A DNA stretch of 52,005 bases, taken from positions 1 through 52,005 of the forward strand of contig JBHLPW010000039.1 in the NCBI GenBank assembly GCA_048939015.1, in the 5' to 3' direction. A model generated the notes under the pieces. That model worked only from the letters and a program-made list of their open reading frames with translations, was not told the DNA's origin and did no database searches. Positions 1 through 8,592 of this stretch are shown here, piece by piece. The translations under genes were made by a program, and so were the position numbers. The stretch comes from Promethearchaeota archaeon. GTDB taxonomy: Archaea; Asgardarchaeota; Lokiarchaeia; Sigyniarchaeales; SOKP01. Position 1 is the first letter of the stretch, and the number at the start of each line of letters is the position of its first letter.

Positions 1-293
1 ACGTAGGGTTTAGCAGTATGTTCTTTCTTACTGAGGAAGGATATAAAAAAGTCCGAGATCTCTATTCGGAGTTTACAAAAAAAGTTTCTGAAATTGAGAA
101 AGAAGAAAATGGGATTCAGAAAGAAAAACCATATTACATATTCACCTTGGGAATGCCATTAAAAATAGTAATTGAAGAAATTGCGAAACCACCAGTACCT
201 CCAAAACCACCCTCATCACCAAAACCACCAAAATCACCAAAACCACCAAAATCACCAAAAGTACCTCCACGCAAAAATAAAGGACATGAATAA
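1..293 (+). CDS. 3' part of a hypothetical protein with Pro/Lys-rich C-terminal tail (probably truncated by window edge)
   Basis: Frame is open upstream of ATG18 to the window edge (GTA GGG TTT AGC AGT ATG); C-terminus PPVPPKPPSSPKPPKSPKPPKSPKVPP. Confidence 0.6.
   Translation, partial: VGFSSMFFLTEEGYKKVRDLYSEFTKKVSEIEKEENGIQKEKPYYIFTLGMPLKIVIEEIAKPPVPPKPPSSPKPPKSPKPPKSPKVPPRKNKGHE
201..260 (+). repeat. 18-bp coding tandem repeat CCAAAACCACCAAAATCA (PKPPKS), about 3.3 copies
   Basis: 201-218 is a variant copy, 219-236 and 237-254 are identical, 255-260 is partial. Confidence 0.9.
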
Positions 294-432
294 ATTTTAG
301 TAAAATTCACTTCTTATCAATATCTTAATTAGTATTTTTCCTATAATTCAACTTTAATTCTAAAAATTGGACCCCATTTTATTTTTATTCTTTTTAATTC
401 TTCTTCTATTTAGTATAAAATAGTGAGATATT

Positions 433-621
433 ATGGAGGTTAAAATAAGAATAGATACAAGTTATTATGAATTTTTGGATTTAGTTCAAGATATATCTAA
501 AAACTCGATATCTATTCAAAATAAGCTTATGAAAACAATATATGAAAATTATGATATAAACAAGGTAAAGCGTAAACTAGATGGTCAAATTGCGTATCTA
601 GACAGATTATTGATAAAATAA
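433..621 (+). CDS. small hypothetical protein (62 aa)
   Basis: ATG preceded by GTGAG; fills an intergenic gap; no recognisable motif. Confidence 0.5.
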   Translation: MEVKIRIDTSYYEFLDLVQDISKNSISIQNKLMKTIYENYDINKVKRKLDGQIAYLDRLLIK

Positions 622-648
622 TAAATCACACTCAATCTTTTCCATTTC

Positions 649-683
649 CTAGTTGAGTATATTCTTAGGAATATACTCACTAG
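649..683. terminator. hairpin between convergent genes, candidate bidirectional terminator
   Basis: CTAG-T-TGAGTATATTC-TTAG-GAATATACTCA-CTAG: perfect 11-bp stem plus 4 bp beyond a 1-nt bulge. Confidence 0.55.
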
Positions 684-688
684 TACTT

Positions 689-1315
689 TCAATTTCCTTT
701 AACTTTTTTAAGTATTAGTTCTAAGTATGATTCTCGTATAGATTCTTCTCTTCTGATGTCAAATAAACCTAAGAAATCGAATAAAACTTCTTTGGAATCT
801 TCAAATTTTTCCGAAGATGGTAATAATAATTCAACTTCAACAAAATATTGATCTATGATCGGTAAATAATCAATCAAGGCTTCAATCTGGTAATTTTCAA
901 ATTCAAATTCATATAACTCCCTTTCCTTTTTAATTATAAGTACTTCTTGAAAACCTAAGTGCTTCAATAGTTCCTTCATTCTATCTACATCTTCAATCTT
1001 AATTTCCAACTCTTCACGAGATTTTGTAAATTTATCTATTTTCTTGCCTTTATATGTAATATAATGATTAACTTTTTGTGTGATTGACTTATTAAATTTG
1101 TTAAATTCAATCGACTTTCTTACTCTTAGTGCCTCATCCGTTTCTTTAAAATCTCTTAGACCACTTGGCATATTAAAATAAGTGTCTTCATGATTTAATG
1201 AAATTTTATATACTCCATTATTTTTTTCAAATTTTTTTCGAATTATTGTTGGATCTGAAATTCTAACTTTGATTTCTACTTCAATCATGTTAATCTTTTC
1301 CTTTTCTGATAACAA
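689..1315 (-). CDS. cyaB: CYTH-domain protein, class IV adenylate cyclase (CyaB-like)
   Basis: N-terminal EVEIK motif, DTYF, ALRVR, ITYKG, SREELE, KKERELY, FVEVE; real start probably the MIEVEIK Met. Confidence 0.85.
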   Translation of the reverse strand: MLSEKEKINMIEVEIKVRISDPTIIRKKFEKNNGVYKISLNHEDTYFNMPSGLRDFKETDEALRVRKSIEFNKFNKSITQKVNHYITYKGKKIDKFTKSREELEIKIEDVDRMKELLKHLGFQEVLIIKKERELYEFEFENYQIEALIDYLPIIDQYFVEVELLLPSSEKFEDSKEVLFDFLGLFDIRREESIRESYLELILKKVKGN

Positions 1316-1430
1316 TTATAATTTACAATTTTTTATTAGTATTAATGGATTGAACTCGAGTTGATTTCTTATTTCAGCATCACGCAGAATTGTTGAGGAA
1401 CTTGCAGAAGAATATAAATATCTTCCTTAT

Positions 1431-2336
1431 ATGATTGAGAGATATATCCAATTTTTGGGGTTTGATGAAACGGTCAAATTATTAGAAGCAAATGACAAAC
1501 CATTAACACCCTCAATACGAACTAATACATTAAAAATAACTCCTTCTGAATTGAAAGAACGTTTAGAAAGGAAAGGAAGTGAGCTGGAAAAAATTGAATG
1601 GATTCCATACGGATTTAATGTCATTAAAGAAAGTATAAACTTGGGATCTTCACATGAATTTCTACAGGGGTATTATTATTTACAGAATGTTGCTTCGATG
1701 CTTTCAGCTGTCATCCTCGATCCTAAACCTGATGAGGTTGTAATCGATATGTGTGCAGCTCCAGGAAGTAAATCAACTCATTTAGCTCAAATTATGGAAA
1801 ATAAGGGTAAGCTTATCTTAATCGATAAAAATAAAAATCGAATCCCTGCCTTGGACATCAATTTGAGGAGAATGGGTATTATTAATTCAATTATATTAAA
1901 TATGGATGCTTTTCATATAACAGATCTAAATATTAAACCAAATAAAATTCTTTTAGATGCGCCATGTACCGGAGAAGGATTAATAAGACAAGATCATAAT
2001 AGGAAAAAAAGCAAATCGATGAAACAAATTGAAAAAATGGCTTCAATTCAGAGGAAATTATTAAAAGCAGGATTAAATGCATTAAATTCAGGAGGAAAGC
2101 TCTTATATTGCACTTGTTCTATTGCCCCTGAAGAAAATGAGCTGATTGTTGATGAAGTACTAAAAAAATCCCAGAATTTTGAAATTGTAGAAATTTCTGG
2201 AAACTATGGTGTGAAAGGATTAACAGAAGTGTTTGGAATTTCATTATTAGAAAGTCTAAAATTCTCACAACGTTTATATCCTCATCTACATGATACTATT
2301 GGTTTTTATTACTGCCTCATAAAAAATACTAAATAG
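1431..2336 (+). CDS. Nop2/RsmB-family RNA m5C methyltransferase
   Basis: IDMCAAPGSKSTH, ILLDAPCTGEG, LYCTCSIAPEENE motifs. Confidence 0.93.
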   Translation: MIERYIQFLGFDETVKLLEANDKPLTPSIRTNTLKITPSELKERLERKGSELEKIEWIPYGFNVIKESINLGSSHEFLQGYYYLQNVASMLSAVILDPKPDEVVIDMCAAPGSKSTHLAQIMENKGKLILIDKNKNRIPALDINLRRMGIINSIILNMDAFHITDLNIKPNKILLDAPCTGEGLIRQDHNRKKSKSMKQIEKMASIQRKLLKAGLNALNSGGKLLYCTCSIAPEENELIVDEVLKKSQNFEIVEISGNYGVKGLTEVFGISLLESLKFSQRLYPHLHDTIGFYYCLIKNTK

Positions 2337-2638
2337 ATTATTAGTGGAAATTTGGTCTATATGAATTTATAGAGAATTCCAACTTTAAATAATAATATTA
2401 TTATCTTAAAAGGAATTTTTTAGTTTCATTGAGTTTTTCACAAGAAGTAAGAGAATCTTCAAAACTTCATACTTTTATCGAAGTGTTATATTTAAATTTA
2501 TTAAGAATTAATCTTTATAGAATTCTTGACTTAAATATAAAAGATACTAACGTTAGGAAATTAGTAAAAATTAGAATTCTGAAAGAATCTAAATTTAATT
2601 CAGATCTCAATTACATGATGAACTCGGTTATCTCTATC

Positions 2639-3355
2639 ATGAAAACTCAAATTTTCTCTAAATCCCTTGGATTAAAACATCCAAGCGTAAAAAAAGTAAA
2701 AGAGATAGCTGAAGAGATAATGAGTAAAAATAAGTTATTAAATGTGGAAAATCTCTATAATATAGCAAAAAAAAGATTAAACTTATCGAGAAATAGCCTT
2801 TTATGTATAATACAATTCTTGATTAATAAGAAGATATTAATCGAGGGATCTAAATTTTCTAAAGAAACTGCTCTTTTGAATGATAACAGAAGAATTATTT
2901 ATAATTTTATCAAATTGAATCCAGGAGTTCATTTCTCTTTATTAAGAAAAAAAGCATTATCTGGTGAATCTGGTAGTTCAGGACAATTAGTATGGCACTT
3001 AGAGATGCTCCTAAAATTTAATTATATCGATAAAACTAAAGTAGGGAATTATACTATTTTTTTTCCTATTGAAATGGAAGTTGATTTTGGAATAATGTCT
3101 TTTTTGTTGCGAGACACGATTAATTTGAAAATCATCGATTTATTAACTAAACAGAAATCACTCAAAAAATCTGAAATTTATAAATTGTTAGACGAAAAAA
3201 GGGATATTGTTAATTACCGTATAAATAATCTAATTAACTATGATTTAATCCGTTCTATAGATGATGACACTAAAGATCTCTATATAAATTCAGATAAAAA
3301 AAAGGATATTCATATTATTTTAAATAATTATAGAAATAAGTTAAATAAAATTTAA
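2639..3355 (+). CDS. multi-winged-helix putative DNA-binding regulator (paralog of 45665-46375)
   Basis: wHTH-like segments (RRIIYNFIKLNPGVHFSLLRK...SSGQLVWHLEMLLKFNYI; KIIDLL...VNYRINNL). Start moved from TTG2429 to ATG2639 because MKTQIFSKSLGLKHP aligns without gaps to the paralog's MKFKNIVGPLTLENP. Confidence 0.75.
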   Translation: MKTQIFSKSLGLKHPSVKKVKEIAEEIMSKNKLLNVENLYNIAKKRLNLSRNSLLCIIQFLINKKILIEGSKFSKETALLNDNRRIIYNFIKLNPGVHFSLLRKKALSGESGSSGQLVWHLEMLLKFNYIDKTKVGNYTIFFPIEMEVDFGIMSFLLRDTINLKIIDLLTKQKSLKKSEIYKLLDEKRDIVNYRINNLINYDLIRSIDDDTKDLYINSDKKKDIHIILNNYRNKLNKI

Positions 3356-3381
3356 TTAAAATAACTTAGCAAAAGGAGAGA

Positions 3382-4701
3382 ATGATGATATTAAATTGGA
3401 CACCAGAAATCATTGTTGAAATTTTCGCAAGTTCGATTATTTTGATAGCTACACTACTAATGTTTATTACTCCCAGAACAAAAAACATTAAATCTTTGTC
3501 TTATATCCGAGTAGCTCTCTTTTTCATGGCGATGCTCTTTATATTGGATTTATTAGCTAATCTTTTTTTGAACCTATTTATTTCCCGAATTTGTGGACTT
3601 ATGTTATTTCCTAGTGCAGTGTTTTTTGCAATTGGTATAAACTATACAATTAAAGAAACATCTAATTCACCATTCTTGCTTATCGCTGTAGGTTTAGGTA
3701 TTTTATACACTTACCTAGCATTTCAACCTGGAGCAGTTAGATTTGAAATCGAGGGGGGTTATTTAAATGTCAATTGGACTGGATTATATGAATTAGAGGG
3801 TTTGATTTTCATATTCTTTGTTGGAAGTGCTTCATTTTATTGGGGCTTGAAAACTTGGTTGAATGCTCCATTTTTAATCAAGAAAGAAGCCACTATTTTT
3901 TTCATTGGCACTCTAATAAATGGTCCCATTACTCTACTAATTTACTTGTTTTATTATTGGAATCCTATTTTTATTTTGTTTGCTTACGCTACTACTGGTT
4001 TAGGAAATTTATTAGTAGGCCTCGGTATATTGTTGGAGCCTAAACTACTTTATATTTTACCATTTACAGTTAATAGGATCGTTGTAAGAGATCGAAGAGG
4101 TAATGCATTATTTAATTATGATTGGTCTCTTTCTAGTTTAAGTGAATCTGTTTTTACTGGATTTCTAAATGCAGTACAACTTATGAGCGAAGAAGTAATA
4201 AATATGGGTGGTTTATTAGATATAAAACTAGAAGAAGGTATATTAACGCTATATGAATCTGAATTAATATCCGTTGGTCTAGTGTCATCTAAGTCTTCAA
4301 AGTTATTAAGGGAATGTGTCGTTGGTTTTTCAAATGAATTTCAAAATATTTTCGAGAAGGAACTTAAGCAGTCATGTATAAATCAAGAGAAATATGAGTC
4401 CGCATATGATTTAATAGAGAAGTACTTCTCTAACTTTCCTTATAAAATGATTACGAGCAAAAAACAACCTTTAATTTTATCAGGTGAATATACAAAAATT
4501 CCTATAGAGTTGGAAAGTAATTTTAAAGAGATTTTCAAAGACAAGATGGAATATAATTTTATTATAACTGAAATTCAAAAGTCTTCATTAAATATGAGTT
4601 CAGAGTTCTTTTCATTGTATAAAGATCTAGAAAATGAAGCACGAGAAATGATCGAAGATAATTCTAAGTCTCTGGAATATAAACTCCATGATGAATTTTA
4701 A
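3382..4701 (+). CDS. 7-TM membrane protein with C-terminal longin-like domain (paralog of 46406-47716)
   Basis: Seven hydrophobic segments in the first ~220 aa, then RIVVRDRRGNALFNYDW...VFTGFLNAVQLMSEEV...DIKLEEGILTL longin-like pattern; SD AAGGAG directly upstream. Confidence 0.75.
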   Translation: MMILNWTPEIIVEIFASSIILIATLLMFITPRTKNIKSLSYIRVALFFMAMLFILDLLANLFLNLFISRICGLMLFPSAVFFAIGINYTIKETSNSPFLLIAVGLGILYTYLAFQPGAVRFEIEGGYLNVNWTGLYELEGLIFIFFVGSASFYWGLKTWLNAPFLIKKEATIFFIGTLINGPITLLIYLFYYWNPIFILFAYATTGLGNLLVGLGILLEPKLLYILPFTVNRIVVRDRRGNALFNYDWSLSSLSESVFTGFLNAVQLMSEEVINMGGLLDIKLEEGILTLYESELISVGLVSSKSSKLLRECVVGFSNEFQNIFEKELKQSCINQEKYESAYDLIEKYFSNFPYKMITSKKQPLILSGEYTKIPIELESNFKEIFKDKMEYNFIITEIQKSSLNMSSEFFSLYKDLENEAREMIEDNSKSLEYKLHDEF

Positions 4702-4845
4702 AGTTTAATGTCAAAAAAAATACATATTCGAAGTTTTATCTTTCAAACTAATTTTTTAAATTTCTATTTTACAGAATTTTGGTCCTATTAAATTTAAATA
4801 TTCATAAAACAAAAAAATTCATAACTCAATTTTATTCAAAATTTT

Positions 4846-4876
4846 AAGGGAGAATTGGTAGGCGAAATCCTCCCTT
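4846..4876. terminator. GC-rich hairpin between convergent genes
   Basis: AAGGGAG...CTCCCTT 7-bp stem with inner ATT/AAT pairing, followed by T-rich tracts on the + strand. Confidence 0.45.
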
Positions 4877-4912
4877 TGTACTATTTTTTATATTTTTAAA
4901 AAATGATATTTC

Positions 4913-5500
4913 TTATTGCTTTTCTCTCAAATAGATACCCTTATCACTTAAATTAATTGCTATAATCTCATTAGATTTACAATGTTTTAGAGTGAGGATA
5001 TCAACCTTAGATTGCGCAATAGCAAGAATTTCATCAGCCTCATTAAAAACTAATAAAAAATCCCCTTTCTTTAAATTAGAGGATGTATTAACAACCATTT
5101 TCTTTAATATATTATTTCCATACAAAACTGATTTTTCGCCCTTCTCGTTAAGATATATATGGTTGAGATCTGAAAGATTTCCTTGTTTATATAGAAATTC
5201 TGCGCCTTCTAGGCTTAAATAAAAACTTGATTTTTTGATAAAGCCAAAGTATAAGTTAATCGAATAAATTTTATCTTTATATCCATTTAGGTCTATGTTT
5301 TTAAGAAAATCATCTGAAACTAAAAAAATTTTAGGGTAATTCGTTTTAAATTTTGACTCGATTATTACAATATATAACTCTTTCTTAGACTGTTTCAAGG
5401 ATTTTAAAATTTGGGGAGATATTTTAGCTAAAGATTCAGAAATGATTTTATTTTCGATTTCATTTATTTTTCTGAAATTTGATGATTCAATCATAATCAA
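4913..5500 (-). CDS. Nip7-like ribosome biogenesis protein with PUA domain
   Basis: FYLSLEGAEFL, EKSVLYGNNILK, GDFLLVFNEADEILAIA, NLSDKGIYLRE patterns. Confidence 0.8.
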   Translation of the reverse strand: MIMIESSNFRKINEIENKIISESLAKISPQILKSLKQSKKELYIVIIESKFKTNYPKIFLVSDDFLKNIDLNGYKDKIYSINLYFGFIKKSSFYLSLEGAEFLYKQGNLSDLNHIYLNEKGEKSVLYGNNILKKMVVNTSSNLKKGDFLLVFNEADEILAIAQSKVDILTLKHCKSNEIIAINLSDKGIYLREKQ

Positions 5501-5717
5501 ATAAAATAGAACGAATTAAGAAGATTTATAATTATTAATCAATAAAGGAATTAAAAAATAGTGTTATCAAAACATGGCATTCATTATATAGAAAATGAAA
5601 TCGAAATAAAAGATAACAAAAATAATTGTACCCTCTTTAGCTTTAAATATCACACAGCTCATTTTGAATATAAAAATTCTAAAAGCGTAAAATTTTATCT
5701 GTAAATTTTAATCAATT

Positions 5718-6560
5718 TTACTTATGTTTTACTATTTTTTCTTGCGATTTTGTTTTTATCAAAGTAAATTGAGTTAACTGATTTTTCAAATCTTCAGCTA
5801 ATATCCCTAATTTCTGTGCTGTAGTTGATATCTCTTCGATTGAAGATGATTGCTCCTCAGTAGATGAATTTATTCCCTCTATAGACGAAGATGTCCTATA
5901 AATTTTATCCATAATATTTCTAATTTTTGAGCTCGTGTTTTTTACCGCACTTTTTGAATCGTCTGCTAACTTTCTAACTTCATCTGCTACAACAGCAAAT
6001 CCTCTTCCATACTCGCCTGCCCTGCCTGCTTCAATACTGGCATTAAGTGCTAATAGATTTGTCTGTTCTGAGATATTGATTATTAAATCCATTATCGCTT
6101 GAATTTCATTTGATGCTTTGACAACATCTTGAGAATCTGAAACAATATCTTGAGTTGTTGAGGATATTTCTTCTGATGCTGCACTTACTTCACTAATACT
6201 CGCTGCCATTTCCGTGGCGATATTTGCGACAGATATAGAAGTTTCAGAACTAGATCTTAGCAAGTTATTAATTGTATTCTCTTGGCGCAGAATAGTTTTT
6301 AGAATAAAATAGGTTGTATAAAAAATTAAACAACCTAAAGCAGGAACTACACATATAACTATAATCAATTCATTGTCTAAATATCCCATAGTGATTACCG
6401 CCATTAATATTAAAATTATATTACCGATGGTCGTATACAGTATTACTTTAAAAGCCATAGATTTTCTGTCTAATTTAAACCTTCTCTTGAATAATAATAA
6501 AACTAGAGTAAAAACAAATAATGCTGATAATATTTCATATTCAAATGGGAATTGAGGCAT
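5718..6560 (-). CDS. short methyl-accepting chemotaxis-like protein (3 TM plus MCP signalling tip)
   Basis: [37 protein letters not shown] signature. Confidence 0.92.
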   Translation of the reverse strand: MPQFPFEYEILSALFVFTLVLLLFKRRFKLDRKSMAFKVILYTTIGNIILILMAVITMGYLDNELIIVICVVPALGCLIFYTTYFILKTILRQENTINNLLRSSSETSISVANIATEMAASISEVSAASEEISSTTQDIVSDSQDVVKASNEIQAIMDLIINISEQTNLLALNASIEAGRAGEYGRGFAVVADEVRKLADDSKSAVKNTSSKIRNIMDKIYRTSSSIEGINSSTEEQSSSIEEISTTAQKLGILAEDLKNQLTQFTLIKTKSQEKIVKHK

Positions 6561-6965
6561 TCCTAAACTATTCCTATCTTAAATATTTGACAAAATAATC
6601 AAATAATCTATTTATAAATATTAGCAAAAAAAAAAATTACGTTCTATATGCGATCTAAAAACTTTATATCAATATATCTCATGTCTATATTCATTAGAAG
6701 TATAGAATAAAGGTACCAGACTATGATTTAAAATTAAAGAAAATAGTTTCTAAATTTTTATTAATGATGTTAATCCATAACAATTAAATTAAAGAAATTT
6801 TATTATAATATAAGAGTAAGTAAATCAAGATTAGTATTAGAATAAATTTACATATTATAGAAAAGATCTGGTTAAAATAAGAGTTCAATTATATTATTAT
6901 GAATAATTATATTAAAATTTCTATTATTGATCAATAAAAGAATTAAAAAATAGTGTTATATAGAA

Positions 6966-7679
6966 ATGGGTATTAGGAAAATTGAAGACGAGATTGATTT
7001 AAAAGAAGCAATGAAGAAAAAGGCTGCAGAACTAAAAATGAAAGATATGCAAGCAAAAGCTGCTGTTGAAAAATTCACTAAAGATAGACTTAGGGATCTT
7101 GCTAAAAAACATGGTGTCCTATTAGCATTAACTCCTGAACTAAGACAAGAGGTAAAAGAATTACAAAAAAAATATAACATTCCCTCTTCAAAAATTATTA
7201 CTGATCAAATATCAGAACATGATGTATTGAAAAAATTCTCTAAAATTGACCATCAAAAATTAGGAATGTTAGCCTATCAAAGAGTTTTGATGAGTAAAGA
7301 AGAAACAGGAGGAATAATCCCATTATCAGAAGTCTTTGAATTAGTAAATACAGGAATTTTAAATGGGAACATAGAAGTAAAAGATGTAGAAAAATCGTTG
7401 AGATTGTTGAAAAAGACAAAAGTTATTGATGACATAACTGAATTGGAATCGGGAGCAATTTTAGTTAGATTTTTTCCTATTGAGTATACTAGTGATGAAG
7501 CAAAAGTTGTTGAGTTAGCCAAAGAAAAAGGTATTCTTACATTAGAAGATGTCTGTGCTAGTTTAGAATGGTCACAAGATCGCGCTTTAAGATCTTTAGA
7601 ATCTCTCGAAAAAAGTGGTATTGCAAAATTTAGAGAAAATATCTTAACAGGAAAACAGTGGTATTTTCCTTCACTGTGA
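6966..7679 (+). CDS. ESCRT-II Vps22/Vps36-like (EAP30 family) protein
   Basis: ETGGIIPLSEVFELV, tandem winged helices, LEWSQDRALRSLESLEKSG and terminal WYFPSL typical of Vps22; adjacent to Vps25/Vps4. Confidence 0.82.
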   Translation: MGIRKIEDEIDLKEAMKKKAAELKMKDMQAKAAVEKFTKDRLRDLAKKHGVLLALTPELRQEVKELQKKYNIPSSKIITDQISEHDVLKKFSKIDHQKLGMLAYQRVLMSKEETGGIIPLSEVFELVNTGILNGNIEVKDVEKSLRLLKKTKVIDDITELESGAILVRFFPIEYTSDEAKVVELAKEKGILTLEDVCASLEWSQDRALRSLESLEKSGIAKFRENILTGKQWYFPSL

Positions 7680-7681
7680 CT

Positions 7682-8584
7682 TCATTCTAACTTTATTTTA
7701 AAGGCTAATTTCCCATCGTCTAATTTTAAAATTTTAGCTCTACGATTCTTAGCCATTATTTTAAAAATCTCTTCTAAATCTTCTAAAGGAAGTGAACTAA
7801 AATCTTCTTGTTTTGCCTCTCTTAATTCATATATCATAATAGGTTCAATTTTACCATTCTCATAAGCCCATTTCCATATCTCATCAGACCAAGCTTCAAG
7901 AGTTTTCCAGTATACTCTTAAACTTTCTTTACTTTTTGTAAGCCATTCTGCCTGATTCTGATTTATTAGTTCTTCAGCAATTTCTCTTATATACTGCTCT
8001 CGTTTGGTAAAATTCATAAATGGTTTATGAGTTATTAACTCTCTTGTATAGATTATGTGAAGAATCGCAAATCGAGCATAGTCAAAAAGTACTTTTGCCC
8101 ATTCTATTTTCCAAGATATATAATCATTTTTATTTTTATTTTTATCAGGCATATCATACATGAATTTTTTTCTTTCCTCCTCGAGCCAGGGATATGCCTT
8201 TAATAAATTTTCATACGCAGTTAATTTTTTCTCTATTAAACCCTTTTCTCCTATAATTTCTTCTTCAAGAGTTTGCAATTCTGATTCAATTTGATCAGCA
8301 TGCTTTTGATATACTTTTGTATCGATCTCCCCAAATTTAGAGGATAAAATATCTTCTAGTTTATCAAACTGATCTTCAATATAATCTAATTCTGTAGCTT
8401 TTATATCATCCTCTTTAATGATATGCTTTTGGGTTGCTTCTTGCTCCAATTGTTCTTTTTCTTGTTTTAACTTTTTTAATCTTGCAAGTTCTTTTCTTAA
8501 TTCTTGTAACTCTTTTTCAGCTTTTTCTTTAACTTCCTTTGGTACTTCAGCTGGTCTTTCTCTTTGTCTTTCCATGGTAATCAT
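7682..8584 (-). CDS. ESCRT-II Vps25-like protein with N-terminal coiled-coil extension
   Basis: EWAKVLFDYAR, AEWLTKSKESLRVYWKTLEAWSDEIWKWAYENG...IYELRE Vps25 pattern; Glu/Lys-rich N-terminal ~120 aa. Confidence 0.82.
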   Translation of the reverse strand: MITMERQRERPAEVPKEVKEKAEKELQELRKELARLKKLKQEKEQLEQEATQKHIIKEDDIKATELDYIEDQFDKLEDILSSKFGEIDTKVYQKHADQIESELQTLEEEIIGEKGLIEKKLTAYENLLKAYPWLEEERKKFMYDMPDKNKNKNDYISWKIEWAKVLFDYARFAILHIIYTRELITHKPFMNFTKREQYIREIAEELINQNQAEWLTKSKESLRVYWKTLEAWSDEIWKWAYENGKIEPIMIYELREAKQEDFSSLPLEDLEEIFKIMAKNRRAKILKLDDGKLAFKIKLE

Positions 8585-8592
8585 TTATTCTT

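Noticed and set aside
201-260. Repeat as CRISPR array
   Set aside because: No spacers; it is an in-frame coding tandem repeat, and no cas genes are present.
1350-1364. In-frame TGA upstream of the Nop2-like gene as possible selenocysteine
   Set aside because: Not at a catalytic Cys position and no SECIS-like element was recognised. No convincing Sec read-through was seen elsewhere in the window.
2429-2638. N-terminal 70 aa of the 308-aa ORF in the track
   Set aside because: Absent from the paralog, which aligns from ATG2639; the region looks like AT-rich promoter DNA.
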